Source: Balamuthia mandrillaris (lineage: Eukaryota). Taken from it: DNA of 64,000 nt. The stretch lies in NCBI GenBank assembly GCA_031835245.2, contig JAVKOQ020000065.1, positions 124,001 to 188,000 on the forward strand, written 5' to 3'. The notes beneath the pieces were generated by a model. The model made no database searches. It was given only the letters and a program-made list of their open reading frames with translations, and had not been told where the DNA came from. Below are positions 37,616 through 49,762 of this stretch, piece by piece (position 1 is the first letter of the stretch; every line of letters begins with the position of its first letter). The position numbers were made by a program, and so were the translations under genes.

Positions 37616-38705
37616 TTATTCAAAGTTAACAGCTCCACTGGAGCTCTCATTGAGCTTTGCTCTGTGAGAGCGATACACGGAAATGAGTACAGCTACAGAA
37701 ATAAAGACTATCACGAAAGCGACGGACAGAGGGACGAGCACGACAACCGGGATGAACCATTCATCGTCATCCTCGTTGGTCTCTGACCTCTGGCCTTCGC
37801 CTTCTCCAGTAACCAAAACTGTAAAGTCTGAATTCATGTTGGTTAAAGTCTAGTTGAAAAGAGAGAACAAAAAAAAAGGAGAAACAATGGTTTACCGGGG
37901 TCGTAGAGAACGGACTTTGCGGCAGGGACGTTGCCAGTGAAAGAGAATGTTCGGTTGGAGAGGAGCAACATTTGCAGGTAATCGATGTTCACCTGCTCAA
38001 AACCCCATTCCTCTTCCTCCCTGACCAACCTGGATATCGCCGGCGGGTCTGATACGGAAAAGTTGGCCTGCAACCAAACACAGAAGGTGCGTGTGTTACC
38101 ATAGTAAACGAACAAGGAAAGAAAAAGCGGAACCAAAGTGAGAGAGCACGAACCAGATTCATTTTAACGGTCCATTCTCCTTCGTTAAGGCTGACATTGA
38201 GGCTTCGAAAGTAGCCTTCGTCGATGGAGACCAAGCCAGGCACTTTTACTCCCAACAGCTCGGTCACTTCATACACATCAGAAAAACCCATCTCGAAGAC
38301 GAGAGAGAATTGAGGATACGTCGTTTTGGAGGCGTTGTTTGTTTCTTCTTGTGGAGCCAGTGACGTCCAGTTGTCCCATAAAATGTTTCATTTTGACTGC
38401 GTGAGAGCCTATTTTGAGGATTCTTTCGGTTCCTATTGCGTTTCTGTTGTTCGTTGCAGATGAGAGAGAGAGAGAGAGAGAGAACGAGAACGAGAAAGAA
38501 TGTGCAGGAGAAAATTGAGCATAGAGAGGTGAGTGAGATTTGAAGAGAAAGTGAAGAGAGGAAGGGAAATAAACGAAAGAGAAGGGAAACCAGAGATGAG
38601 AAAATAGGCTCATAAGTACCTCATCGTAACATTACTCCCGTTCTCATCTAACGACAGGTGCATTCGAGCGCGGTTCGTAGTCGAGAATTCTCTTCTTTCA
38701 GCTGA
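37616..38705 (-). pseudogene. Apparently 5'-truncated, frameshifted remnant of a type I membrane protein with a YDPDF (ComC-supersandwich-like) juxtamembrane motif
   Basis: Spliced end reads SVLYDP|DFTVLV...WFIPVVVLVPLSVAFVIVFISVAVLISVYR. One extra base at ~38386 separates AVKM from (N)ILWDNWT. No signal peptide or convincing start before the duplication arm at 38843. Confidence 0.45.
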
Positions 38706-39093
38706 ATGAGCAGTGCCCAACTCAGTTTAGTGTAATATGGGTGGTTATCGTGCTATAATATAAATAACGAACTTTATATTAATGAAGTTGAGATCGTTAC
38801 TGCTCACGAGTGTCAATGCAAGCATGTAGTTTCACAGAATGGATGACACTTTCCGTTCCAATGATGAAAGCAGATGAAAGGTCCTCGCACAAACCACTCC
38901 TTGTTTTTCACAGAGAAACACTGCTTTCATTTCAATACAAAGGACATCTCACACAAAACAAGCAATGGCCTTCCCCCATTCGACTCTGTTCGGCTTCTCC
39001 ATGGTTGTTCTTCTTGGAATCTCATGAACAACTCAAGGAGAGCCTTCCAACGCACAACTCCTCCACACCCAAATGGAGCACCGCTCTTTCAAC

Positions 39094-39100
39094 TATAAAA
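39094..39100 (+). promoter_or_regulatory. TATA box (TATAAAA) of YDGG copy C'
   Basis: Conserved block, with an Inr-like TCATTCC at 39127-39133. Confidence 0.65.
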
Positions 39101-39203
39101 CACTCACCACTCATTCTCCAATTCCATCATTCCACAAACAACAACAACAACACAAAACAAGAAGAGCAAAGCTGCTGGAACAACAAGAAGAACAAGACCA
39201 AGG

Positions 39204-40052
39204 ATGAAGACAGGTGTGATGGTGTGCTTGTGGTTGGCCTTCTTGGCTGCCACCTCTTTGGCTGGCAGGGCTGATGTCAACTATGGTGGAGGCGATGTCC
39301 GCTATGATGGTGATGTCGTCACCTATGACGGCGGTGATGTGCGTTACGACGGAGGCAACGTGATGACTTATGACAGTGGTGACATCCGCTATGATGGTGG
39401 TGATGTTCGTTACGATGGTGGTGATGTGCCCTATGATGGTGGAGACGTTCGCTACGATGGAGGGGACATCCGTTACGATGGCGGCAACGTGGTGACTTAC
39501 GATGGTGGTGACATCCGCTACGATGGATACGATGGAGGCAGCATCTACGATGGTGGTGATGTTCGTTACAATGGCGGAGACGTCCGCTACGATGGATATG
39601 ATGGTGGTGATGTGCGTTACGATGGAGGAGATGTTCGTTACGATGGCGGCAACGTGGTCTACGATGGTGGAGATGTTCGCTATGATGGAGGCAATGTGGT
39701 GACTTACGATGGAGGTGACATCCGCTATGATGGAGGGGAGGTGCGTTACGATGGTGGTGATGTTGGCTACGCTGGTTGTTACGATGGAGGCAACGTCTAT
39801 GATGGTGGAGATGTCCGCTATGATGGTGGTGATGTCCGCTATGATGGAGGAGACATTGATTACGATGGTGGCAATGTGGTCTACGATGGAGGGGACATTG
39901 ACTATGATGGATACGATGGTGGCAACGTGGTCTACGATGGAGGGAACGTGGGATACGACGGCAATGCCTATGATGGAAACGTGGTGGCCTACAATTCCAA
40001 CAGTGGTGGCGAGAAGAGCTCTGCTGCTTCTCTGCACGCTTTCTGGTTTTGA
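39204..40052 (+). CDS. Secreted YDGG-repeat protein, copy C' (282 aa)
   Basis: Signal peptide and heptad repeats. The YAGCYDGG unit and the tail are identical to copy C. Confidence 0.9.
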   Translation: MKTGVMVCLWLAFLAATSLAGRADVNYGGGDVRYDGDVVTYDGGDVRYDGGNVMTYDSGDIRYDGGDVRYDGGDVPYDGGDVRYDGGDIRYDGGNVVTYDGGDIRYDGYDGGSIYDGGDVRYNGGDVRYDGYDGGDVRYDGGDVRYDGGNVVYDGGDVRYDGGNVVTYDGGDIRYDGGEVRYDGGDVGYAGCYDGGNVYDGGDVRYDGGDVRYDGGDIDYDGGNVVYDGGDIDYDGYDGGNVVYDGGNVGYDGNAYDGNVVAYNSNSGGEKSSAASLHAFWF

Positions 40053-40867
40053 GATGGCAGAGAGTTACTCAGTGTCGCTGTTCCGACAGCGCTGGCGTTT
40101 TACTTTTGTGTTTTTTGAACTCTTTTTGAATAACAGCTTTGTTTTAAAATGCTTGTTGGCACTTATTCTTTGCCTCAGGGTTGTAGTGTTATTAGAAGAG
40201 TATAAACTTGAAAAGTCATTGGACACGATGATGCCACTGTTGTGGCTTGCGATAGGGCATCAACACAGCATCAAAACAGAGCGCACAATGCCGGTGCGTT
40301 TCGGTATTGCTCAAGTTCGTGCCTATGCGCAAATCGTTTCTGAGGTTTCAACCACAGTGGTGGCAGTGGTGAAAAATAAGGAAGGAATGCGGGTGAACAA
40401 ACGTACTGGCAAAGTCTTTGAGGAAGGATAACTCTCTATGTGCCAACATTTTTTGTCTACACTTGTTTGCTGTAATAATTCTCGAACTTGTAAGGCTTGA
40501 ACTCGGCATTTGCCACAAAGAGCATAGAGAAGAGAGAAGAGAGAAGAGTGCATGATCTAAGATACTCCCATACATCAGGGACGGTTCAGCAAGCATTCCA
40601 GCCAATGTCGTCGAAAAGACACTTTCACATTCCAATGATGAAAGCAGATGAAAGGTCCTCGCACAAACCACTCCTTGTTTTTCACAGAGAAACACTGCTT
40701 TCATTTCAATACAAAGGACACCTCACACAAAACAAGCAATGGCCTTCCCCCATTCGACCCCATTCGGCTCCTCCATGGTTGTTCTTCTTGGAATCTCAAG
40801 AACAACTCAAGGAGAGACCTCCAACGCACAACTCCTCCACACCCAAATGGAGCACCGCTCTTTCAAC

Positions 40868-40874
40868 TATAAAA
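40868..40874 (+). promoter_or_regulatory. TATA box (TATAAAA) of YDGG copy B'
   Basis: Conserved promoter block. Confidence 0.65.
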
Positions 40875-40986
40875 CACCCACCACTCATTCTCCAATTCCA
40901 TCATTCCACAAACAACAACAACCACCGCAACAACACAACACAACAAGCACAAAACAAGAAGAACAAACCGGCTGAGAACAACAAGG

Positions 40987-41973
40987 ATGAAGACAGGTCT
41001 GATGGTGTGCTTGTGGTTGGCCTTCTTGGCCGCCACCTCTCTGGCTGGCAGGGCTGATGTCAACTATGGTGGAGGCGATGTCCGCTATGATGGTGATGTC
41101 GTCACCTATGACGGCGGCGATGTTCGCTACGACGGCAATGTGGTCACTTACGACGGTGGTGACATCCGCTATGATGGTGGAGATGTGCGCTACGATGGTG
41201 GTGATGTTCGCTATGATGGAGGAGACATTGGTTACGATGGAGGGGATGTCCGTTACGATGGCGGCAACGTGGTCTACGATGGTGGCGATGTTCGCTATGA
41301 TGGTGGTAACATTCGCTACGATGGCGGTGACATTCGCTACGATGGTGGAGACATCCGTTACGATGGTGGTGACGTCCGTTACGATGGCGGTGACATCCGC
41401 TATGACGGTGGTGACATTCGTTACGATGGTGGCAATGTGGTGACTTACGATGGTGGAGACATCCGTTATGACGACTACGATGGAGGAAACGTGATGTATG
41501 ATGGAGGTGACATCCGCTACGATGGCTACGATGGAGGCGATGTCCATTACGATGGTGGTGACGTCCGTTATGACGGCGGTGACGTTCGCTACGATGGCGG
41601 AGATATCCGCTATGATGGTAATGTGGTGACCTACGACGGAGGTGACATCAGTTACGATGGTGGAGATGTCCGATACGATGGAGGAGATGTCCGTTATGAT
41701 GGCGGCAACGTGGTCTATGATGGCGGTGACGTTCGTTACGGCGGTGGCGATATCCGTTACGATGGAGGGGACATCCGTTACGATGGTGGCAACGTGGTCT
41801 ACGATGGTGGGAACATTGGCTACGATGGCTACGATGGAGGAAACGTGGTCTACGACGGCGGCAACGTGGGCTACGACGGCAACGCCTATGATGGCGATGT
41901 GGTGGCCTACAATTCCAACAGCGGTGATAAGGATGCCTCCTCTGCTGCTTCCCTTGCCGCATTCTGGCTCTGA
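40987..41973 (+). CDS. Secreted YDGG-repeat protein, copy B' (328 aa)
   Basis: Signal peptide, heptad repeats and a B-type tail GDKDASSAASLAAFWL. Confidence 0.9.
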   Translation: MKTGLMVCLWLAFLAATSLAGRADVNYGGGDVRYDGDVVTYDGGDVRYDGNVVTYDGGDIRYDGGDVRYDGGDVRYDGGDIGYDGGDVRYDGGNVVYDGGDVRYDGGNIRYDGGDIRYDGGDIRYDGGDVRYDGGDIRYDGGDIRYDGGNVVTYDGGDIRYDDYDGGNVMYDGGDIRYDGYDGGDVHYDGGDVRYDGGDVRYDGGDIRYDGNVVTYDGGDISYDGGDVRYDGGDVRYDGGNVVYDGGDVRYGGGDIRYDGGDIRYDGGNVVYDGGNIGYDGYDGGNVVYDGGNVGYDGNAYDGDVVAYNSNSGDKDASSAASLAAFWL

Positions 41974-42411
41974 AGGAAGGTGCTTATCCGTCGATAGGCT
42001 GCCGATGGTGTTTCATGCAGTCCTTTGGTTTGAAGTAGATATTTTCTGTGAGTTTTAGATAGGTAGAATAAATAAGCTAATGGCTGATTTTATCTCTATG
42101 GCGATGTTGGTTGCCTTTGAATTAGAGCTTGACCTAACCTTACTCCACGAACCTCCCACATGCCTTCTGCTGGTTCGATCTCACCAACTGGTGTTTGCCT
42201 CTCTCTCTCTCTCTCTTCTCTCTCTTCTATTGCCGTTCAATAAAGGGGTAGTTTCTGCACATCTGTTGAAGTAATTGTTAAGCTTTTGTGTTCTATTGTC
42301 GACAAATCGGTCATTTTCTGCAGGTTTTCTTCACCATTTGCGCACCTTTTTTTCATGTTAATTACAATTCCAAGAAGAAATTCGGCCGCAAGAGAAGAGA
42401 GAAGAAGGGAA

Positions 42412-45400
42412 ATGCCGCCCAGGAGAAGCAAGATCAAGCCCCTGCCTCAAGGTTCGTTGTTTGGTCTTCTCTTTCTACCTCGTTTTGTTTGTTTGGTTTG
42501 TTTCACTCACTTACTCACTCACTCCTTCTCATCTCTCCACAACGAACCAAAAACAATCTTAAAGTCACTACTCCTACTGCCACTACCACAACAACAACAA
42601 CAGTCCCTTCTTCTTCTTCTTCTTGTTCTTCTTCTTCTTCTTCTTCTTCTTCTTCTTCTTCTTCTTCTTCTACGCCCTTACTTTCAGCACCCACACCACC
42701 AGCAAAGCAACAACCGGCTGCTGAAGCCACAAAGCAACCAGACCAGAAGAAGAAGACAACCGACGAGACGAAGAAGAAGAAGAAGGACAAAGAGGGGACA
42801 AAGGAAACCGCTGCCGCGAAAGCAAAGGGCGATCGAGTGAGGTGGAAATGGAGCTGGAAAAGCGATAACGGGTGGGTCGAGTACGACGCTGCGTTGGCTG
42901 ACAAATTGGAAAGAGGGTACCAGCAGCAGAAGAAGCGGGTCAAGGTCGATGCGGAACGCTTTGTCGATATCCCCGAGTTATTACAACGTCGGTAGGCAGT
43001 TTCTTGTCCACTCCTTTTGTGCTTTCTGCTTTCTTCTGCTTTCTTCTTCTTCTTTTCCTTTTCCTCTTTTTTTCTTTCTTATTCTTCTTTTCTTTCGTTT
43101 TTCTCATCTTTCATCTTTCTTCGCATCGCTCAACACTGCTGTTGTTGTTGTTGAAACAAGATATGATGATGAATCCAAACGACGGCCTGTCAAACGAGAA
43201 GAAGAGGAAGAAGAAGTTGACGAAGACGAAGAAGACGAAGAAGAAGAACTAAACGGTGAACTCGCCTATCTCTCGCTTTGACACGTCCTTTTCCTAAACT
43301 TTTCCCGTATTACTTTTGTTTTTATACGAAATGAAACAGTGAAGTGGATGTGGAGAGATGACAGTGGAGTGTGGCAGCTATACGATCCAAAAACAACAGC
43401 AGTTTTGGAAGCCGCTCATCGCAGCGCCCTTCCAAGCGCTATTGTTGACAAGGAGCGGTTTGTGGACCTCCAAAACATGCTTCAACGGCGTAAAGATGAC
43501 CATAGGTTGAAACTCTCTCCATCTTTGGTTCTTCTTTAGTTTTTATTGACTTGGTTTTCTTTACAGTAAGCGACGACCAGTAAAACGAGTTGAAGAGAAG
43601 AAAAAGCTGAACAACGGGACTAATGCTGCTTCGTCAAGTGCAAAGAAGGATCAAGTAGATGATGAGGAAGAGGAGGAAGAAGAAGACGAGGAGGAAAACG
43701 AGGAGGAGGAGGATGAAGAGGACGAAGACGAAGAAGACGAAGAAGAAGATGATGAAGAGGATGGTAGAGAGATGGTAGAAGCGAGCCAGGTTGAATATGC
43801 TCCTTCAGGTACCAGCGGGCACATCCTCTCTTCTCTTTCTCTGCCTCTCCCTCTCTCTCTCCCTCCCTCTCTCTCGATTTTACCTCTATTCACAACTTCT
43901 TTCCTGATGTTAGGCCGCTCTGCGTGTCGCGTTTGTCGTAAAAAGATAGCCCATAACGAGGTAATGCCTTATTTTATCTTTATGCTTTTCCAGTAGTGTT
44001 TTGTTAGTTTCTCACTGTATCTTTGTTCTTCTTGGTTGTTTGCATCATATTCGCTGACAGCTTCGAATAGGCAGACTCGTTCAATCCACTTCCTTGTTCG
44101 TTCTGCTCTTCTTTTTCTTATTATCATTGACGCTGAACACTTCTTTCTTTTTTGCTTAACAACAGCGATGGCACAATCCCAGAATGGCATCACTGGGATT
44201 GTTTCTTTGAGAAGTACCAATTGCGAGATATCGGTTATGTAAAAGGCGTCCAAAAAATACGATGGGAAGATCAACAACTACTCGAAAAGCAAATCCAAAA
44301 AGATCAAAAGCAACAAAAGAGTAAACAGCAACAAACAACGACAACGACAACAACGAAAAAGACGCTATCAGCAGAAGAAAAGGCTTTGGAAAAAGCAAGA
44401 AAGCAAGAGAATGAGAAATTATGGGAATTGCGTGATAACCTTGATCGTTGCACCACTCCTGAGATTAAAGCTGTCCTCGAACGAAACAAACAAAACACCT
44501 CTGGAGGTATTTGCTTCTTAGTGCTTGCTTTCTTTGTTTCTTTCTTGCTCTTCTTTCCGTTTGAAATCATTGTGTATATGATTAAACGTTCGTTGTTTTT
44601 TAAAACAAAATAATAAAAGGGCGAGCAAAGCTGATTGCGAGATGTGCGGAAGGAATGCTATGGGGAGCGCTGCCTAAATGTCCTGATTGTGGAGGAGACT
44701 TGCGTGCCAGCTCTGATCCTAATGCCGATTATGTCTGCACTGGATATGCAAATGGTTTTTAGTTTGTTATTCTGGATTTTTCTTCGCCTTCCTCATCACC
44801 TTCCTCCCTCCCGTTTAGTTCTTCTCTGATGAACGATTTTTTTTGTATGTCAAACAGCATGGAGCAAATGCTTATGGTCAGCATTGGAGAAAGACGTGAA
44901 GAGATTGCCATGGAAGATCCCCAAAAAAGAAGTCTCTTCTGACTTTCTTCTTAAGTTTAAGTTTAATCCTGTTGTCCGAGTACAAAGAGAAAAGACAGCT
45001 CTTCCAGTCGCGGCGTTGCCAACCGCAACAACAAAGAATGACGCAAAGAGCAAGAAACGTAAAAAGTCGCAAGAGGAACAAGATGAAGAATCAGATGAGA
45101 AAGAAAGCAGAAAAGCAAAGAATGAACGTTTCAAACGCATTAAAGTTAAAGGAAGCGCTGCTGGTAATCATCCTACTACTTCTCTTGAGCTTGTGCTTGT
45201 TCATGTCTTAACTTTATATTTTTGGATAAAGTGGATCCTCAATCAGGTTTGGAGGATAAGGGTCACGTTTATGAGAGAAGCGGGCAAAACTGTAAAGAGG
45301 AAGTTTTCGATGTGATGCTCAGCTTCGCTGACATTATTACCGGCAAAAATACCTACTATGGGATGCAAATTATCGAACTTGATGACAAAAGCAAGGTTTG

Positions 45401-47346
45401 CAAACACTTTTTCTTTCTTGTCATCCCACAAGCTACTAACGAAAAAGAACAGTACTATCTATGGAGAAAATGGGGAAGAGTGAGCACCGATATTGGAGGA
45501 AGCAAGAAAGAGAAGTTTGCTGATGCAACAGACGCGATTGAGAAGTGGTGTGAGCTCTATTTAGACAAAACAGGCAATGAGTGGGAGGACCGCGACAACT
45601 TCACGAAACAACCCGGCAAATTCTATCCTCTTGAACGAGATTATTCTGCTTCGCAAAATGATGAAGAAGATGATGAGGATGAGGATGAGGATGATGGTGG
45701 CGCTGGTTCGTCGTCTTCATCCTCCTTGCCAAAGTCTGTTCAGGTTAGACATTTTTAGTGTTTCTCATTCTTATGTGGTGCTCATTTTTATTCCAACTGC
45801 TAGGAGTTTGTATCTCTTATCTTCAACGTGAAAGTTATGAAGCAAACGTTGGTAGAAATGGATATCGACATCAAGAAAATGCCACTTGGCAAGCTAAGCA
45901 AACGTCACATTGAAAGAGGCGTAAGTTTGCATCTACCATCATTTTTTTTTTCTGTTCTGCAGTTCTTTTCTTTAACAACATTTTGGATTATCCTTTTTCT
46001 TTTCTTTTGTAGTATGAGGTATTAAATGAAATACAAGAAGCACTGAAAGAGACAAACCCCAACAAAACAACGCTCTTAACGCTCAGCAACCGTTTTTACA
46101 CGTAATGTTTCTCTCTTTGCTTTCTTCCTCCTTGCTCTTTTCTTCTATCCTGTGACTCACTCTACATTTTCTCTCCCCTTCAGTCTCATTCCCCATGACT
46201 TTGGACTTAAAGCTCCCCCGCTGATCGACAACAACAAACTTCTCAAGAAGAAGACAGAACTGCTGGAAGCTCTCCTCGACATGGAAATCGCCACAAGGCT
46301 CATGACAGAGAAGAAAAAGGCGGGAAGCATTGAAAACCCCATTCAAATGAAGTACAACCAGCTGAAGACCAGAATGGAACCTCTTTCTCCTTCTCACACT
46401 GAATACAACATCATCGAGAAGTACTTGAAGCAAACGCATGCCGACACACACAACGATTACACGTTGGATATTGTGGAGTTGTTTCGAGTGCAGCGCGAAG
46501 AGGAAAGCCGCAATTTCGAACAAAAGTATGGACAAATGCATAATCGCACTGTATGTACAGTCTTCTCTCTCTTTCTCTCTCTAGCTCTCTCAGTATAGGC
46601 TGACAATGGGTTTGCATTGCCTAGTTATTATGGCATGGCTCTAGGCTTACCAATTTTGCTGGAATTCTTAGTCAAGGTCTTCGAATTGCGCCTCCCGAGG
46701 CCCCTGTCACGGGTTATATGGTATTTTCGCTTCTTGCCATTGTTTCCCTCATTGTTTACATTTCTAATGCGTTTGATCAGTTTGGCAAAGGTTTATACTT
46801 TGCGGATATGAGCAGCAAGTCCGCCAATTACTGTCATGCCAGCAAAGACAACAACACCGGCATCATCATTCTCGCAGAAGTGGCCCTTGGTGCGCTTCTC
46901 TCCACTTTTTGACATCACTTTGGGTGCATTCTTTGTTAAACAATTTCAAATCGACAAAAGGCGACACGTACGAATGCACGCAAGCAGAATACATGGATCA
47001 TCCTCCGCAGGGTTTACACTCCACGAAAGGTGTTGGCAAGGTTGGCCCTAATCCAAACGAAAGTGTCGCTTTGGATGATGGCGTGGTGGTGCCTCTTGGC
47101 AGGCCCGTCCCGACTGGCGTTGGCTATACTGCTCTGCGCTACAACGAATTTATTGGTTCGTCCTATTCTCTCTCGTTCTATTACTATTCGTCACTGTCTT
47201 TTTCCTGTGGTCTTGTTCTTGCTTGTGTCTTCTCTCTTCTTCTCTTGTATGCTTTCCTCATCCATTCTCTGGTGATCACAGTATATGATGTGGCGCAGGT
47301 TCGCATGCGGTACTTGATTCGGCTGCGGTTCAACTTTGTGCACTAA
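42412..47346 (+). CDS. PARP1-like poly(ADP-ribose) polymerase (WWE-WWE-zf-PARP-PADR1-WGR-regulatory-catalytic)
   Basis: [13 protein letters not shown] and [14 protein letters not shown] (WWE). [14 protein letters not shown]...WHHWDCF (zf-PARP). GALPKCPDC...CTGY..AWSKC (PADR1). [10 protein letters not shown] (WGR). KMPLGKLSK and IPHDFG (regulatory). [10 protein letters not shown]...[18 protein letters not shown]...YNEFIVYD (H-Y-E triad). Confidence 0.93.
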
Positions 47347-47435
47347 AGATGTCCCTCCACTCCAATCCACTTCTACTCGAAATAAAAGTGGGGAAAATAT
47401 ATTATAAGTAGTTTACAAGGTCTGGTTGGTACGTG

Positions 47436-49731
47436 TTAGGACGCACTTGTCCACTTGCCCGTGCTTCCATTGGGCGTCTTGTCGTTTTCTTGTTCCTTCG
47501 GAGCGAAAGACCCTGCTTTTTCTCTCTTGTGGTCCGAGATACCTTTTCTTTTCGGAGATAAAGGAGAAGTATCGACCTTCTCCTCTTCGTCGTCTGCGAT
47601 ATCATCCACGGCTTCTTGTCCTTTCTTCTTCTTCTTCAACAGACCATGCGACTTGCCCTTGTTTTCTTTTTGCTTTTCTTTCTCTTTCTCTTTCTCTTTG
47701 GTCTTGCTATCTTTGTCTTTGCTTTTGCCTTTGTTGTTCTTCTCGTTCTCTTTTGCTTTTGGGTCTTGATCCGCAAGCTCCTTCTTGGCCGCTTTCTTTT
47801 GTTTCTTGGTTTCTTTCTTCATTTGCTTGGCTTTCTTTTTGCTGTCTTTCTCCTGCAGACGAGCCGTGTAGAGCTCATCCACACTCCGCAATGCCCATTT
47901 AAACTGTTCTGACTGATGGTTTTAACAGACATTATGAGCTCATAAGTGAGGTTGATGATAACAAGAGGTAATAATGAGACAAGTAAAATGGAAGAGGAAA
48001 CTTTAGAGCATACCTTGTTGCACTGCTTCTTCAATTTCATAAGCTGAGGATATTGTGATATCATTCGCAAAAAGCTGCAAAGCTCCTATAATGATTTCAC
48101 ATCCAAAAAAATAAAATAAGCAAAAAGACCAAAACGGAGAGAATGAGCGAGAAGAGATACCGAAAAAAGATATCCGGACTTGTCCTCGATGAAGAACAAG
48201 AACAGCTTGTAAAAGTTGGTAAAGAGATGGCGCTCCTGAAAGAGCTTGACGAGAACGGGCAGCTGAGCGGCGGCAACATCCGGTCTCTTGCCATCCCGTT
48301 TCTTTCCTTCAGCAGTGGTCCATGCCTGCTTCAAGCCGCTGCGAGAAGGTTGCACGTCGGACATCAGAAACACTTTGGAGAGATACCGCAATCCGTGCAC
48401 GCTTGAAAAATGATTGTGAGCCTGCCTCTCCCAGGTTGCGACGTTAAACATTGGCACAGCTTCGGTAGAAGAGTAAGGCGATAATGAAGAAGAATTTGCT
48501 AGTTGATTTAACTTAGCTTCTTTTAGTTGATGTTGTTGTTGGGGAGATTTCTTCCCAGCTTTCCAGCGATCTTTCTGTTCTCCTTCCTTCTGAGTTGCAA
48601 TTATTGGTGGAGTAGAGGACGACGGAGATGGAGACGGTGCGGATGAATCTGAAGACTGGTTATTGTGATGTTGACGACGTCGCACAGCAAGCAAGCGACC
48701 GGTAACTTCATCTCTTTCCACCTCATGGTCAGAAAGAAGGAGGTTGTACTCTTCCGTTGTGCAAGGGCATATGATTTGCACCAACTTCTCCATCAAAGTT
48801 GGTCCAGAAGAGGTAAAAGATCTGATCTCAGAGGCTAACACAGCGCTGTTAGCTCGCTCCAATGAGGTGGAGGCTGGCTTCGAGGCACTTCCTTTGCGAG
48901 TGCTGCCGGCTTTCTTGTTCAAAAGGTTTTCAAACGTTTTAGCGCCGAACAGAGAAAAGCTGCTGCTCTTCGAGAGAAGTGGAGAGTATGGTGGTTGTTG
49001 TTGCGATGTGGCAGAAGTAGAATTATTGTTGGCAGTTTTGGCTCCATCATGTTCGTTCCCAGTTGCTGGGTCTGTTGTTGTATCATCGGAGGAAGATGCA
49101 GTAGGATGAGAGCCCAATGGAGTTGTGCAAAACAATTCCAAAATGGACTTATGATAACGAAGGCACTCGTGAATCAGCTTCCACGCTTGCCTGTTCTCCT
49201 CTAAGTCTTGACTCTCTTCGCAAATGGTCAACAATCTTTTTGTAAAGTTAATAAGTAAAAATAGCAACATGTATTGGAGGTAGAGAGAGAAGCAAAGGAG
49301 ATACAAACTGGTGGTAAAAGCTTCTATCTTTAGCGATCGTCTCGAAGAATGATTCTTCTTTCATTAAAACCCCAAGGCATGATAGCAAGTCTTTTGAGAA
49401 TAATACTGGTAAGGAGAGAAACGACAAAGAATCATAAAAGAACAATGGCATAGCGTACTCGTTTTAGCCGACGCGAGAAAAGGCAGAGCAAGGTCATCAA
49501 TACCGCTTGAATGATGTTTGCGCAGAATATGTTGAGCTGTTGACAGAGGTCCAGTTATACATCCTAACAACGTTCTCACAACTTTTGTTGAAAGTACCAA
49601 GTGATGTAATTAGGTGCAACAGAAGAAGAAGAAAAGCAAGAAAAAAGAAAAGAAGTTTGATCAGACAAATTCCGTTTAAAGTATCGTCATTCGCTTTCCG
49701 ACGAACAAGACCTTTGAATTTTGTCATCCCA

Positions 49732-49762
<31 letters not shown>

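Larger units (their letters stand above)
38843..41973. repeat. Right arm of the inverted duplication (promoter, C', spacer, B')
   Basis: Inverted match to 28521-32365. Lacks the ~525-bp segment 30105-30630. Confidence 0.85.

Noticed and set aside
36257..37629. Poly-E/Q, poly-L, poly-F and poly-K ORFs
   Set aside because: They are translations of intronic and intergenic GAA/TTC microsatellites.
27030..41973. CRISPR array or a complete RiPP gene cluster
   Set aside because: The ~21-nt units are contiguous coding repeats with no spacers and no cas genes. No KR/RR sites, tyrosinase, DUF3328, BURP or peptidase gene is in the window, so peptide release remains only a hypothesis.
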